Positions 39,704 to 49,987 of a DNA stretch of 64,000 bases are shown here, piece after piece (the first letter of the stretch is position 1; each line of letters opens with the position of its first letter). The DNA comes from Gemmatimonadota bacterium (GTDB taxonomy: Bacteria > Gemmatimonadota > Gemmatimonadetes > Gemmatimonadales > Gemmatimonadaceae). Location: the NCBI GenBank assembly GCA_040389905.1, contig JAZJZK010000010.1, positions 38,510 through 102,509 on the forward strand, given 5' to 3'. Position numbers and translations under genes: made by a program. The notes under the pieces were generated by a model. It was given only the letters and a program-made list of their open reading frames with translations, searched no databases and was not told the DNA's origin.

Positions 39704-41436
39704 CGAACCCTCCGCCCCAGCTCACGAGCAACGAGATGGAGCGCGTAGTGGCGCCGATAGAGCGCGAGCGCGTGGAAGAATTGCTGCGGCTGTTCGGCAA
39801 AGCCGCGCGGGCGCACCAGCTCTACCTGCCCAACAACCCCGTCTACAAGGCGGCGCACGACGCGCTTCGTGCCGCGTTCGTGCCGATCTGGTCGCAGACC
39901 GAAGAACTCGCGCTCGCCTTCACCGAGAGCGAGGTGAAGTGGGAGGGCGCCGCGGTTCTCACCGAGACGACCAAGGGCAACGACAGCCTGCCCTGGCTCT
40001 TCTTCAAGGACGGGGTTCGCGAAATCCGGATGATGCGCGGCTTCGAGGCGGAGGAACTCGACAAGCTGCTCAATATCCTGCAGCGCGTCCGAAAGGCGTC
40101 GCCTGACGAAGACGACCTTCTGACGATGCTGTGGCAGGGTGATTTCGTCTATCTCCGGTACCGGTATCTGGACCTGTCCGTTGAAGCAACGGTTCCGCTT
40201 GCCGACGGCGGCGAGGCCATTGCGGATTCGCACGGACCTCGGGCCGAGCGCGGCGAGGGGACTGACGAGGCCGGCGACGCGTTCGAGGAGGAGGAGACCT
40301 CGCAGTCGCGCAGCGGCGTCGTGAACATGTCCGACTTCGACGGCACCCTCTACTTTCTCGACGAGCGCGAGATCGAATATCTGCAGTCGGAGGTCCGCCG
40401 CGAGTACGCCACTGACCTGCGCAAGAACGTGGTCAGCGTGCTCCTCGACATTTTCGAGCAGCAAACCGATCCCGACATCCGCGCCGAAGTAACCGAGACG
40501 CTCGGAACGCTCATGGTGCACATGTTGTCAGCCGGGCAGTTCACGAATGTGGCGTATCTCGTTCGTGAGGCGACCGTTGCAGCACAGCGCGCGAACGAGC
40601 TCGGGGCGGAACAACGTGAGCTCCTCGCGCAGATTCCCGCTCGCCTCAGCGCGGCCGAGCCGCTTACGCAGTTTCTTCAATCGCTCGATGAGGCGCCGGA
40701 CCTACCGGCGGCGAAGGACGTGCTCGAGCTCTTCGAGCAACTGCGTGGCAGCGCGCTCGGCACGGTGTTGGATTGGCTCGGCAAGCTGCAGAACGCGCGT
40801 CTCCGTCCAATGCTCGAGCAGGCCGCGTCGCGGCTGGCCTCGCAGAATACCGCGGAGCTCGTGAAGCTGATTCTCTCGACCACGCACCATGTGGCGCTGG
40901 AGGCGATTCGCCGTGCCGGCGCCATGCAGACGCCGGCCGCCGTAGCGCCGATCGGCAAGGTGCTGGCTGACGGAGCGTCGGAGCTGCGGCTCGCCGCGGT
41001 GCAGGCGCTGCACGAGATCGGCTCCGCGGGCGCACTGCAGGCGCTCGAGCGTGCGGTGGACGACGCCGAACGCGACGTGCGAGTTGCCGCGATCCGCGTT
41101 CTTCAAGGGCGCGCCTACCGGCCGATGCTCGGCCGACTGGATTCGATGGTGAAGGGCAAGGCGATTCGCGAGGCGGACCTGAGTGAAAAAATGGCCGTCT
41201 TCGAGGCTTATGGTACGCTGTGTGGTGACGCCGGCGTGGCGGGCCTCGACGGAATGCTGAACGGCAAGTCCATGTTCGGCCGCCGCGAGGATTCAGAAAT
41301 CCGCGCGTGCGCCGCAGTCGCACTGGGTCGCATCAAGACCAGCGGGGCGCTGGCGTCGCTTCAACGTGCCGCCAGCGAGAAGGACGTCGTCGTGCGCAAT
41401 GCGGTGAGTCGGGCCATGCGAGGGACCTCCGCGTGA
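39700..41436 (+). CDS. HEAT-repeat protein
   Basis: N-terminal LYLPNNP; C-terminal VR..A..AL repeats. Confidence 0.85.
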   Translation: MTNPPPQLTSNEMERVVAPIERERVEELLRLFGKAARAHQLYLPNNPVYKAAHDALRAAFVPIWSQTEELALAFTESEVKWEGAAVLTETTKGNDSLPWLFFKDGVREIRMMRGFEAEELDKLLNILQRVRKASPDEDDLLTMLWQGDFVYLRYRYLDLSVEATVPLADGGEAIADSHGPRAERGEGTDEAGDAFEEEETSQSRSGVVNMSDFDGTLYFLDEREIEYLQSEVRREYATDLRKNVVSVLLDIFEQQTDPDIRAEVTETLGTLMVHMLSAGQFTNVAYLVREATVAAQRANELGAEQRELLAQIPARLSAAEPLTQFLQSLDEAPDLPAAKDVLELFEQLRGSALGTVLDWLGKLQNARLRPMLEQAASRLASQNTAELVKLILSTTHHVALEAIRRAGAMQTPAAVAPIGKVLADGASELRLAAVQALHEIGSAGALQALERAVDDAERDVRVAAIRVLQGRAYRPMLGRLDSMVKGKAIREADLSEKMAVFEAYGTLCGDAGVAGLDGMLNGKSMFGRREDSEIRACAAVALGRIKTSGALASLQRAASEKDVVVRNAVSRAMRGTSA

Positions 41437-42935
41437 GCGAGAAGCGAAACACCGGGTCTTACGTCCAGCCCGCGGCGGTCAAGGCAACGCCGCCCGCGGG
41501 ATCGGTGGAGGCTGGCGGAGACGCGTATATCCGTCGCTCGGGAAAGCAACTCATCCTCGCGATGCACGCGGCGCTGCGGGCGATTCGCATGTATCCCCTC
41601 GAGAACGCCGCGGTTCAGAATGCGGCCGAGGAACTTGCGACGCTGACCAAGGAGTTGCTCAGCCGCGAGAACGAACTCGAGATGCGCGTCTCCGGTGAGT
41701 TCGTGTTCATCAACACCGTGCGCCTGCGCCTGGACCTCGACAACTACGCGAGCTTCAGTCACTTGATCTCGGTCTTCCGTGCGCTCGGCATTGGGTCGCT
41801 GCAACTGCATACTGCGCCGACGCTCAAGGAATGGCAGCGCTTCCTGGCGTTTCTGAATGCGCCGTCGACCGAGCCGCCCGCGGTGCGACTCGAACAGCTT
41901 CAGAACAAGCTCGAACAGCAGGGACTGACGGTGTTTGAAGTCGGTGAGCCGATGGCGCAGGTCACCGATGACATGGATCGCGAGAAGTCGAAGGAGGTCG
42001 CCAAGAAGACGTATGCGCAGTCCGTGGCGGTCACGCGCGACCTCATGACATCCGTGCGTCTCGGCCGCAGTCCGAACATCAAGAAGATCAAGCGCGTGGT
42101 GCAGGGGATCGTCGACCAGATCCTCAATGAGGAAACGTCGTTGATCGGCCTCACGACGATCCGTGACTACGACGAGTACACGTTCACCCACAGCGTCAAC
42201 GTCTGCATCTTCTCGGTTGCCCTCGGGAAGCGCCTCGGCCTCGGCAAGCTGCAACTGTACGATCTCGGCATGGCCGCGCTCTTTCACGATATCGGGAAAT
42301 CACGTGTTCCGTCCGAGATTCTCAACAAGTCCGGTGGCCTGAGCGACGACGAGTGGCGCCTGATCGCGGCGCACCCATGGCTCGGGGCGCTGGCGCTGTT
42401 CCAACTGCGCGGACAGCAGGAACTGCCCTATCGCGCGATGATCGTCGCGCACGAGCATCACATGAAGGTGGATCTCACCGGCTATCCGCGTCCTATTCGC
42501 GAACGGTCGCTGAGCATGTTCAGCAAGATCGTCGCGGTTGCCGACGGATTCGATGCGGCCACGTCGCGCCGTGCCTATCAGACGACGCCGCTGACGCCCG
42601 CGCAGGTCATGATGGAGATGCGCGACAATCCGCGCCGCGGCATGGATCCCGTCGTGGTGAAGGCGTTCATCAACCTCACGGGGATCTATCCCGTCGGTAC
42701 ATTGGTCATCCTCGATACTTTCGAGCTCGGCATCGTTCACGCCGCCAATCCCCAAGCGGAGATGCTCTCACGCCCCATCGTTCGAGTCATCAGTGACGAA
42801 CAGGGGAACCTGATGCATCCGGGTACGCTGCAGGACCTCGCTGAGCAATCCAAGGATGGCGTGTTTCTGCGCACCATCATCAAGACGGAGAACCCGGAAC
42901 GGTATGGCATCAGGGTTGGCGACTATTTCATCTGA
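41433..42935 (+). CDS. HD-GYP cyclic-dinucleotide phosphodiesterase
   Basis: YTFTHSVNV, HDIGK, HEHH...GYP, VADGFDA. Confidence 0.9.
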   Translation: MSEKRNTGSYVQPAAVKATPPAGSVEAGGDAYIRRSGKQLILAMHAALRAIRMYPLENAAVQNAAEELATLTKELLSRENELEMRVSGEFVFINTVRLRLDLDNYASFSHLISVFRALGIGSLQLHTAPTLKEWQRFLAFLNAPSTEPPAVRLEQLQNKLEQQGLTVFEVGEPMAQVTDDMDREKSKEVAKKTYAQSVAVTRDLMTSVRLGRSPNIKKIKRVVQGIVDQILNEETSLIGLTTIRDYDEYTFTHSVNVCIFSVALGKRLGLGKLQLYDLGMAALFHDIGKSRVPSEILNKSGGLSDDEWRLIAAHPWLGALALFQLRGQQELPYRAMIVAHEHHMKVDLTGYPRPIRERSLSMFSKIVAVADGFDAATSRRAYQTTPLTPAQVMMEMRDNPRRGMDPVVVKAFINLTGIYPVGTLVILDTFELGIVHAANPQAEMLSRPIVRVISDEQGNLMHPGTLQDLAEQSKDGVFLRTIIKTENPERYGIRVGDYFI

Positions 42936-43704
42936 TACGATCGCGCGTCGGTTCGCCGAGCTCAAAGCCGCCTCACGTAAGGCATTCGTGCCGTACGTCA
43001 CGGCCGGGCATCCGGACCCGGAGCGCAGCGTCGCGCTGCTCCAGGGGCTCGAGTCGGCCGGCGCCGATGTCGTCGAAGTGGGCGTGCCCTTTTCGGATCC
43101 GCTTGCCGACGGAGCGGTGATTCAGGCCAGCTCGCAATGCGCGCTCGATCACGGCGTACGTTTCGACCAGGTACTCGACATCGTGCAGCGCGCGAAGCTT
43201 GGGATTCCCGTGGTGCTCATGAGCTATCTCAATCCGTTGCTTCGCGGGGGCGACGATGCGTTGCGGAATGCGGCCGAGGCTGGCGTCCACGGCATTCTGG
43301 TCACGGATCTGCCGCTGGGTGCGGACCCCGAACGCGAAGCATGGTTTGCCGACTCGCCGTTGAATTACATTCGGCTGGTGGCGCCAACAACGCCGGCAAG
43401 CCGTATGGCCGATATTGCGCGAACGGGGAGCGGCTTCATCTACCTCATCAGCCGGTTGGGAGTCACCGGTGAGCAGGCGACGCTCGCGTCGGAACTGCCG
43501 GCGACGGCGGCGCGATTGCGAGCCGCCACTTCGCTCCCGATCTGTATCGGCTTCGGCATCGCAACGCCGGAACAGGCGCGCATCGCCTCACAACTCGCCG
43601 ACGGCGTCGTGGTTGGGGCAGCCATCGTGCGCGCCGCGGGCGAGAGCGTGGACGCGGCGGTGCGCCTCGCCACGTCGCTGCGTCGCGGAATCGACACCGC
43701 GTGA
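42916..43704 (+). CDS. trpA: tryptophan synthase alpha chain (start 42904 or 42916)
   Basis: [28 protein letters not shown]. Confidence 0.96.
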   Translation: MATISSDTIARRFAELKAASRKAFVPYVTAGHPDPERSVALLQGLESAGADVVEVGVPFSDPLADGAVIQASSQCALDHGVRFDQVLDIVQRAKLGIPVVLMSYLNPLLRGGDDALRNAAEAGVHGILVTDLPLGADPEREAWFADSPLNYIRLVAPTTPASRMADIARTGSGFIYLISRLGVTGEQATLASELPATAARLRAATSLPICIGFGIATPEQARIASQLADGVVVGAAIVRAAGESVDAAVRLATSLRRGIDTA

Positions 43705-45785
43705 ATATGAAAGCGTTCCTGACGGCGTACGCGCGTGCCGTAGGAGCGCTCGGCGTCATCCTGCTCGCCGTAGCGCTTGCCGTCGACAGCCACTGGCGTA
43801 CGCAGCCCGTGGCCATCGGCGTGCTGCTGATCGCCGTGCTGTTCGTGCGGGTCCAGCAGATTCCGCTCACGAAGTACGGAGCGCTGAATCTCCTGCTCGT
43901 GCCCGCCGTCTCCGGTTCGATCCTCGCCGGCGCGCCCGCCGCGGCGCTCGCCGTGTGGACGGGCGTATTCGCGGCCGACGCGCTCCTGCTGCGCAAGGGA
44001 TTCGAAATCGCCTGGATCAACGCCGGTCGCGAAGTGGTCGCGCTGATCTCGTCGGTCGGGATCTTCGCGTGGGCGACGGTGTCGATGGGCGGCGAGATGA
44101 CGCACATCAACGCCGAGGCCCTGCCCGCGCTCTCGCTGCTCATCTTCACGTATTTCATCGCGAGCCGGCTGCTGCTGTATTTCACGCTGCTGCTGCGCGA
44201 CAAGCTGCTGGACGAAGAACGGTCGCTGATCCTGCGCTACGAGGTCATCGGTTTCGGCGCGAGCAGCATCGCGGTGGCCATCATTCTCCTCGCGTTCGGC
44301 AACCTCAACCCTGTCGGCTGGGCGCTCGTCGGCATCGTACTTGGTGGCGCGGGGATGCTGGTGAAGCGAATCCTCGAGGAGTCCATTGCCGCGGAAGAGC
44401 TGAACAAGATCCTGGCGATGGAGCAGATCATCTCGTCGGATGGAGACATCGCCGAGGCCTTCCATCGCATCGAGGCACTGGCGCACCGCCTTGTCGACTG
44501 GCAGGAATTCCGTATCGGCCGCGTCGAGAATGGAGTGCTCATGCACGTGTTCCGCGGAACGGAGGGCTACCTCGAAACGCCGCGCGAGCCCGATGCGAAC
44601 TTGAGTGCGCTGCGCGCCGAGAGTGTCCGTACCGGTGAGATCATGCGCGTCTCGGACGCGCTGCGCGACGAGCGCGTGCTCGCGGGCAAATCAAACGCGC
44701 GCAGCGTGTTGGTCTTGCCACTGCGCTTCGGCGACCGCACCGTCGGCGTGCTGGAGCTCGAGCATCACAAGCCTGATGCGTATTCCGACAAGGAAGTCGC
44801 GTTGATGAAACGGTTTGCGACGCAACTCTCCACGACGCTTCACATCTACGACCTGCGACGTCCGTTGCTGGAGGCCATGATGCGCGTGAGCAGCCAGCTC
44901 GAGACGCTGACGGCATCCGCGCGCGCGTTGCGTGGGGGCGGTGAGTCGGTGGCGCGAACCATCGCGGACATCACCCGGGCCATCGCGGAGGAAGGCGAAC
45001 AGATCGGCCGCTCCCTCGAGGTGACGCAGAGTCTGCATGCGGCGACGCAGGATGTGGTGCGCGACGGAAGCGCCGCCGCGGAAGCGAGCCAGCGTGCGAC
45101 GGAGATCGCCACGGAGCATCGGCATACCATTGCCACGGCGATCGAGCGACTCGTTGGCGCCAAGACATTCGTCGGCGAAAGCAGTTCGCAAATCGAGGGA
45201 CTCGCGTCGAGCGTGCGTCGCATCACCGAGTTCATCGCGGTCATCCGCGAGCTTGCCGACCAGACGAATTTGCTCGCGCTCAATGCCGCGATCGAAGCGG
45301 CCCGCGCCGGCGCGCAGGGCAAGGGTTTCGCGGTCGTCGCGGACGAAGTGCGAAAGCTCGCCGAGCAAAGCGGCCGGGCCTCCGATCAGGCAGGCGAGAT
45401 CGTGAGCGCGTTCGAGGAGCAGATGCGCCGCGTCGCATTTCAGATGTCGCGGGGAGAAACGATTGTACAGGATGTCGGTACACTCTCCGAGCAGGCGCGC
45501 GAGGCGCTCGACCTAATCGTGGACGCCACCGAGAGCGCGGCGTCTGGTGCACAACGCATCGCTTTGACGTCGCGAGAACAGGAGCTGGCGTTCGCCAAGC
45601 TCAGTGAGCGGGTCCGCCGTATCGCGAGCATTTCCGGCAGGAATCGTGATGGCGCGGAGCAGGTGACGACGAGCGCGAGGGAGCAGGCGGCGGCACTTCG
45701 CGAGCTGGAAGGTGCGACGCAGGAACTGCGCAATGTGGCGACCTATCTCGGTGAGCTCACGCGACGGATCACGAGCGCGGCGTGA
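43701..45785 (+). CDS. methyl-accepting chemotaxis protein with multi-TM sensor and GAF
   Basis: [33 protein letters not shown]; about 7 TM; GAF-like region. Confidence 0.92.
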   Translation: MNMKAFLTAYARAVGALGVILLAVALAVDSHWRTQPVAIGVLLIAVLFVRVQQIPLTKYGALNLLLVPAVSGSILAGAPAAALAVWTGVFAADALLLRKGFEIAWINAGREVVALISSVGIFAWATVSMGGEMTHINAEALPALSLLIFTYFIASRLLLYFTLLLRDKLLDEERSLILRYEVIGFGASSIAVAIILLAFGNLNPVGWALVGIVLGGAGMLVKRILEESIAAEELNKILAMEQIISSDGDIAEAFHRIEALAHRLVDWQEFRIGRVENGVLMHVFRGTEGYLETPREPDANLSALRAESVRTGEIMRVSDALRDERVLAGKSNARSVLVLPLRFGDRTVGVLELEHHKPDAYSDKEVALMKRFATQLSTTLHIYDLRRPLLEAMMRVSSQLETLTASARALRGGGESVARTIADITRAIAEEGEQIGRSLEVTQSLHAATQDVVRDGSAAAEASQRATEIATEHRHTIATAIERLVGAKTFVGESSSQIEGLASSVRRITEFIAVIRELADQTNLLALNAAIEAARAGAQGKGFAVVADEVRKLAEQSGRASDQAGEIVSAFEEQMRRVAFQMSRGETIVQDVGTLSEQAREALDLIVDATESAASGAQRIALTSREQELAFAKLSERVRRIASISGRNRDGAEQVTTSAREQAAALRELEGATQELRNVATYLGELTRRITSAA

Positions 45786-46129
45786 GCCTGGAGACCGAAG
45801 TGTCGTTGGTCGGGATGCGTTTTCACGTCTGCGTGGGGATACTCCCGCACGAGCGCGAACTGCCGCAGCCGCTCGAAGCGGATGTCAGCGTACGACACAC
45901 AGGCGGCGCGTCGGCGGTGCTCGACTATCGGGTGCTGTACGACCTGACGCGCGAGACGATCGACGGCGACGAACGTACCTACCTCGAGCCGCTCGCCGAG
46001 GTGATTGCTCGGCGTGCACTCGCCCTCGAGAGCGTGTGCTGGTGTCGCGTCGCGTTGCGGAAACCCCATGTGTCGCTCGGTGGCCCGCTTGCGTACGCGC
46101 AGGTTGCCGTTGAGCGCACGCGTGAGTGA
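45782..46129 (+). CDS. folB: dihydroneopterin aldolase
   Basis: [23 protein letters not shown]. Confidence 0.88.
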   Translation: MSLETEVSLVGMRFHVCVGILPHERELPQPLEADVSVRHTGGASAVLDYRVLYDLTRETIDGDERTYLEPLAEVIARRALALESVCWCRVALRKPHVSLGGPLAYAQVAVERTRE

Positions 46130-46547
46130 GATCGCGTACATCGCGCTCGGTTCGAATCTCGGCAATCGCGCGGCGCACCTCTCGGCCGCGCGGAGCGCGC
46201 TGACGTTGGTCTCCGGCGTCCGACTGCTGGCGGCGTCGCGCGTGGAGGAAACCGCACCAATCGGTTCACGACCGCAGGGCTCCTATCTCAATCAAATGGT
46301 GGCGCTGTCGACGACGAACGAGCCTCTTGTCCTTCTCGATGCGCTCCAAGCGATTGAGCGGCGAATGGGACGAGTGCGAACACAGCGTTGGGGTCCGCGC
46401 ACGATCGATCTCGATATCGTTCGGTTCGGCGCTCGCGCCGTGAGGACTGGTTCATTGGTGATCCCTCACCCCGGTCTCGCGGATCGAGATTTCTGGCAGC
46501 GGGAAGTGACGGAGTTGGACCGACTTGTCGCGCTGATCGACTCGTAG
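46122..46547 (+). CDS. folK: HPPK
   Basis: YIALGSNLG, YLN, RWGPRTIDLDI, IPHP. Confidence 0.96.
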   Translation: MSEIAYIALGSNLGNRAAHLSAARSALTLVSGVRLLAASRVEETAPIGSRPQGSYLNQMVALSTTNEPLVLLDALQAIERRMGRVRTQRWGPRTIDLDIVRFGARAVRTGSLVIPHPGLADRDFWQREVTELDRLVALIDS

Positions 46548-46612
46548 CGCGCGCCGTGCATGCAAGTAGCGACGAATCATCTTGCGGACGATATCTTTCG
46601 CGGAGCAAGCCA

Positions 46613-46855
46613 CAATGACGAAGGCTTATGAAGATTCGACGGATTGAGCGGATCTTCCGGGATGCTTCCGACGCCTAGAAGTGTATCGATTTCTCAAAAA
46701 ACCAGAAGTCTTTTTAACCTGACGTTCGGGAATGGGGCACTCCACTGGATCGGTCTCGGAATCATCCGCTGAATCCGCTCAATCCGCAGAATCCGCAATC
46801 AACCCTGGGTCGTTTTGGCCATTCGTGGCGGTGAGAACCATCCAACGCGAGCAAT
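46613..46855. repeat. about 245-bp palindromic intergenic element, copy 2
   Basis: Same blocks as 36048-36300; its right arm is nearly the exact reverse complement of the copy-1 left arm. Confidence 0.8.
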
Positions 46856-47390
46856 GAGCATCAAGCTTCCCGAGTGGGCGTGTGTCACGCCGAAACGCAC
46901 TGCGCACATTTCGCGCGTCACGGCGTTGCTCGATCAATGGTCGAGTGAAATGCATCTCGTCCCTGCGGACGCGCGCGCATGGCACGACGCTGGCCGCTTG
47001 CACGACGCGCTACGCGACGCCCCAGAGTCCACACTGCGACAGCTGGCCGGCGACGTTCCAGGCTACGAGGTAGAAATGCTTCACGGCCCCGCTGCCGCAG
47101 AACGCTTGCGAGCCGACGGCGAGCGTCGAACCGAACTGCTCGACGCAATTCGCCATCACACCGTGGGCAGTGTCGAGTGGGGACGGCTCGGACGCGCGCT
47201 CTATATGGCAGACTACCTCGAGCCTGGGCGGAAGTTCTCGCGCGCCGATCGCGCTTTCCTGGCCGAGCAGGTCGCTGACGATTTCGACGGCACATTTCGG
47301 CAGGTGGTGCGCGCACGACTCGAGTGGTCGCTTCGCGAAGGCATGCGACTCTACCAGCAGACCGTCGAGCTCTGGAATTCGGTGCGATGA
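46854..47390 (+). CDS. HD-domain hydrolase (YqeK-like)
   Basis: RTAHI, LHDA, LHG, AIRHHTVG, YMADYLEPGR. Confidence 0.85.
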   Translation: MSIKLPEWACVTPKRTAHISRVTALLDQWSSEMHLVPADARAWHDAGRLHDALRDAPESTLRQLAGDVPGYEVEMLHGPAAAERLRADGERRTELLDAIRHHTVGSVEWGRLGRALYMADYLEPGRKFSRADRAFLAEQVADDFDGTFRQVVRARLEWSLREGMRLYQQTVELWNSVR

Positions 47391-47827
47391 AGCGCGGTCC
47401 GATGGTGTCGATCGTCCTGCTTGGGATTCTCGTGCTCGGCGGCGCCGCCTATGCAATTCGTGCGCGACAAGGCGCCGGACTGACGGTAGTTGGCAAGACG
47501 GACCCGGACCTTCCGCGCGCCCCGGACAGCGTTCGCATCCGCGTGCAAGTCATCAACACGACGGGCAAGCGCGGACTCGCCCGCCGCGCGACGCAGCTAC
47601 TCAGGGATCGAGGTTTCGACGTCGTCGAGATGGCCTCTGGAAAGCCGATGCGTGACACCACGCTTGTCCTCGACCGGTCGGGACATCCGGCCTGGGCGAC
47701 CACCGTCAGCAGAATACTCGGGCCGGCCGCGCGCGCCGAGGCTCGGCCCGACAGCTCACGCTATCTGGACGTCACCGTGTTGCTCGGTACTCACTGGCGC
47801 CCGCCGGCCCAGCCGCTCAACCCGTAG
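47387..47827 (+). CDS. LytR C-terminal domain membrane protein
   Basis: TM followed by VQVINTTGKRGLA...DVTVLLG. Confidence 0.85.
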   Translation: MKRGPMVSIVLLGILVLGGAAYAIRARQGAGLTVVGKTDPDLPRAPDSVRIRVQVINTTGKRGLARRATQLLRDRGFDVVEMASGKPMRDTTLVLDRSGHPAWATTVSRILGPAARAEARPDSSRYLDVTVLLGTHWRPPAQPLNP

Positions 47828-48835
47828 CTGTCCGCAGGCGGCGGCGATGTCCATGCCCCGGCTCTTGCGAACCGCGACCTCGACCCCGCGATCGCGCAGC
47901 AGCCGCGCAAAGCGCGAGATCTCGTTGCCTGATGTCGGCACGAAGCCTTGCGACCCACCCGGATGGAGTGGGATGAGGTTGACGAATGCCCGGCACTCGC
48001 GTGCCAGCGCGCCGAGTTCTCGCGCCTGTTCGATACCGTCATTCACACCGCCCAGCATGACGTATTCGAACGTCACGCGCCGGTCGAACACCTTCGCCGC
48101 CTCGATGACCTCGGACAACGGAAACTTGGTGTTGATCGGCATCAGCGTCTGTCGCAGTTCGTCCGTCGGGGCGTGAATGGAAATCGCCAGGCGAAATTGC
48201 TCGGGTCGCTGCCCGAGCGCGATGATGCCGGGCAGAATGCCCACCGTCGAGATGGTAATGTGCCGAGCGCCGATTCCGAGTGCGCGCGGATCGTTGAGCA
48301 ACGTCAGTGTTGGGTCCACCGCCTTCCAGTTCATGAGCGGCTCACCCATTCCCATGAACACAATATTTGTGACATCGATGGGCGGGTCGAGGAGTCGCAT
48401 TTCCCGCACCTGACCGGCGATTTCGTGCACTTCGAGATTGCGGGAGAAGCCCATCGCGCCCGTGGCGCAGAACGCGCAGCGCAAAGCGCAGCCGGCCTGC
48501 GACGAGATGCACAGGGTCACGCGTCCCCCATCGGGTATCGACACCGTTTCGATCGCCTCTCCGTCGGCGAGGCGGAAGAGAAACTTCTCGGTGCCATCGC
48601 TCGAGGTCTGGCGCACCGCAAGCGAAAGGCGCGGCAGCGAAAAGCGTTCGTCGAGCGCAACGCGCAGCGACGCCGGCAACTCGGTCATGGCCTCGAACGA
48701 CGCCGCTGGCTTCTCCCAGAGACGGCGGAGGACCTGCGTGGCGCGGTACCCCGGTTGGCCGAGATCGGTCATCGCCGCTGCGAGGGTCGCGAGAGCAGCA
48801 TCCGGCGTGAGGTTGAGAAGGTTTTCGCGCGTCAT
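47756..48835 (-). CDS. rlmN: 23S rRNA/tRNA m2A methyltransferase
   Basis: CISSQAGCALRCAFC, MGMGEP, AACGQL. Confidence 0.97.
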   Translation of the reverse strand: MTRENLLNLTPDAALATLAAAMTDLGQPGYRATQVLRRLWEKPAASFEAMTELPASLRVALDERFSLPRLSLAVRQTSSDGTEKFLFRLADGEAIETVSIPDGGRVTLCISSQAGCALRCAFCATGAMGFSRNLEVHEIAGQVREMRLLDPPIDVTNIVFMGMGEPLMNWKAVDPTLTLLNDPRALGIGARHITISTVGILPGIIALGQRPEQFRLAISIHAPTDELRQTLMPINTKFPLSEVIEAAKVFDRRVTFEYVMLGGVNDGIEQARELGALARECRAFVNLIPLHPGGSQGFVPTSGNEISRFARLLRDRGVEVAVRKSRGMDIAAACGQLRVERLGRRAPVSTEQHGDVQIA

Positions 48836-49746
48836 CGCGGTACCACCATTGGCATGACCGTACTCAAAAGAAATTGGTAGCTCGCGCCAAGTCCCGAGGT
48901 GCCGTCTTCACGCGCAATACCGACGATGTACTGCGCATGACGAAGGCCGACGCCCAGCCGCAGTCGGGAGGTCAAGCTTCCGTAGGCTTGTTGGCGCACG
49001 AGCCCCCCACGAATCTCCAGCAGGCCTGTGCGACCGGAGGCATACAAATATCGCTCATTCCCGGCGCCCTCGTCGCGCTGGAGGGAAAAACCCGCCCGCA
49101 GGTCGCGTTCGCCCGACTGCGGGAGGTATGCCTCGATTGCAGCGACACTACTGGCGCGCTCCCTCTTGCGCGCGGTCGGCGCAAACAGGAAGGACGCTGC
49201 CGCGATGCGGAAGGGAAGGTCGCGCGGCCTGTCCAGCGTTGCACCGATGTCAACGGACGTCGCGGCGCCTTGCGATACGTCAATGCGACCGGTGCGCGAG
49301 CGAACCGCGAGCCCGATCGTCGTCCCCGCTCGCTCGGCGGCAACAATTCCCGAGTAGATCGTCGACCGATACGGAATTTCCGGGCTGACCGGGTCGGACT
49401 GCGGGTCCGTGTCCGTCCGAATCAGATCGCCGACGGACGACTGGGCGACGGAAATGCCGGCGGTGATCGAGGACCGGAGGCGCATCGCAACCGTGCCGAT
49501 CTGCGCGGTCACGCCCTGTTCTATCGGCGACTGCAACGCGTCGGCGGCAAAACGGTACCGGTCTGCCTTGCCCAATGCGATTGTCGCCGGATTCCAGAAA
49601 CCGCCACCGGCGGCCGTCGCGAGCGCTGGCGCCTCGGCGAGGGACCCCAAGGGGAAGAGAAACAGGTCGCGTCCAGGGACTTGCTGTGCCTTCAGCGGGC
49701 TCAGCGCTGCGGCGGCCGCAACTGCGGCGAACGTGATGCGGCACAT
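48832..49746 (-). CDS. hypothetical exported protein, probably outer-membrane beta-barrel
   Basis: Signal peptide, FWNPA motif, alternating beta pattern. Confidence 0.6.
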   Translation of the reverse strand: MCRITFAAVAAAAALSPLKAQQVPGRDLFLFPLGSLAEAPALATAAGGGFWNPATIALGKADRYRFAADALQSPIEQGVTAQIGTVAMRLRSSITAGISVAQSSVGDLIRTDTDPQSDPVSPEIPYRSTIYSGIVAAERAGTTIGLAVRSRTGRIDVSQGAATSVDIGATLDRPRDLPFRIAAASFLFAPTARKRERASSVAAIEAYLPQSGERDLRAGFSLQRDEGAGNERYLYASGRTGLLEIRGGLVRQQAYGSLTSRLRLGVGLRHAQYIVGIAREDGTSGLGASYQFLLSTVMPMVVPR

Positions 49747-49753
49747 GAAGTTG

Positions 49754-49782
49754 AGCTTACCCGGCGGGTGGGCGAGACGCAA
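49754..49782 (-). promoter_or_regulatory. predicted leaderless promoter
   Basis: TTGCGT-N17-TAAGCT, ATG 7 nt downstream. Confidence 0.5.
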
Positions 49783-49987
49783 CCGCGGTGCTACCCACCT
49801 GAGGCGGCTGGTGCTAGCTTAGATGGTTGAATGCGCTCCCTGCACCCGCGTTGATGCCCAACCCTGTTTTGCCGTCGCCATCTCCGATGAGCGGCAGCAC
49901 GTACGTTGAGCGGCAGCACCGCGTGGCGTTGGCCTGCCGGCTCGGCCTCCGCAGGGCGCAGCGCACCCCACGCCAATCGAACCCGTA

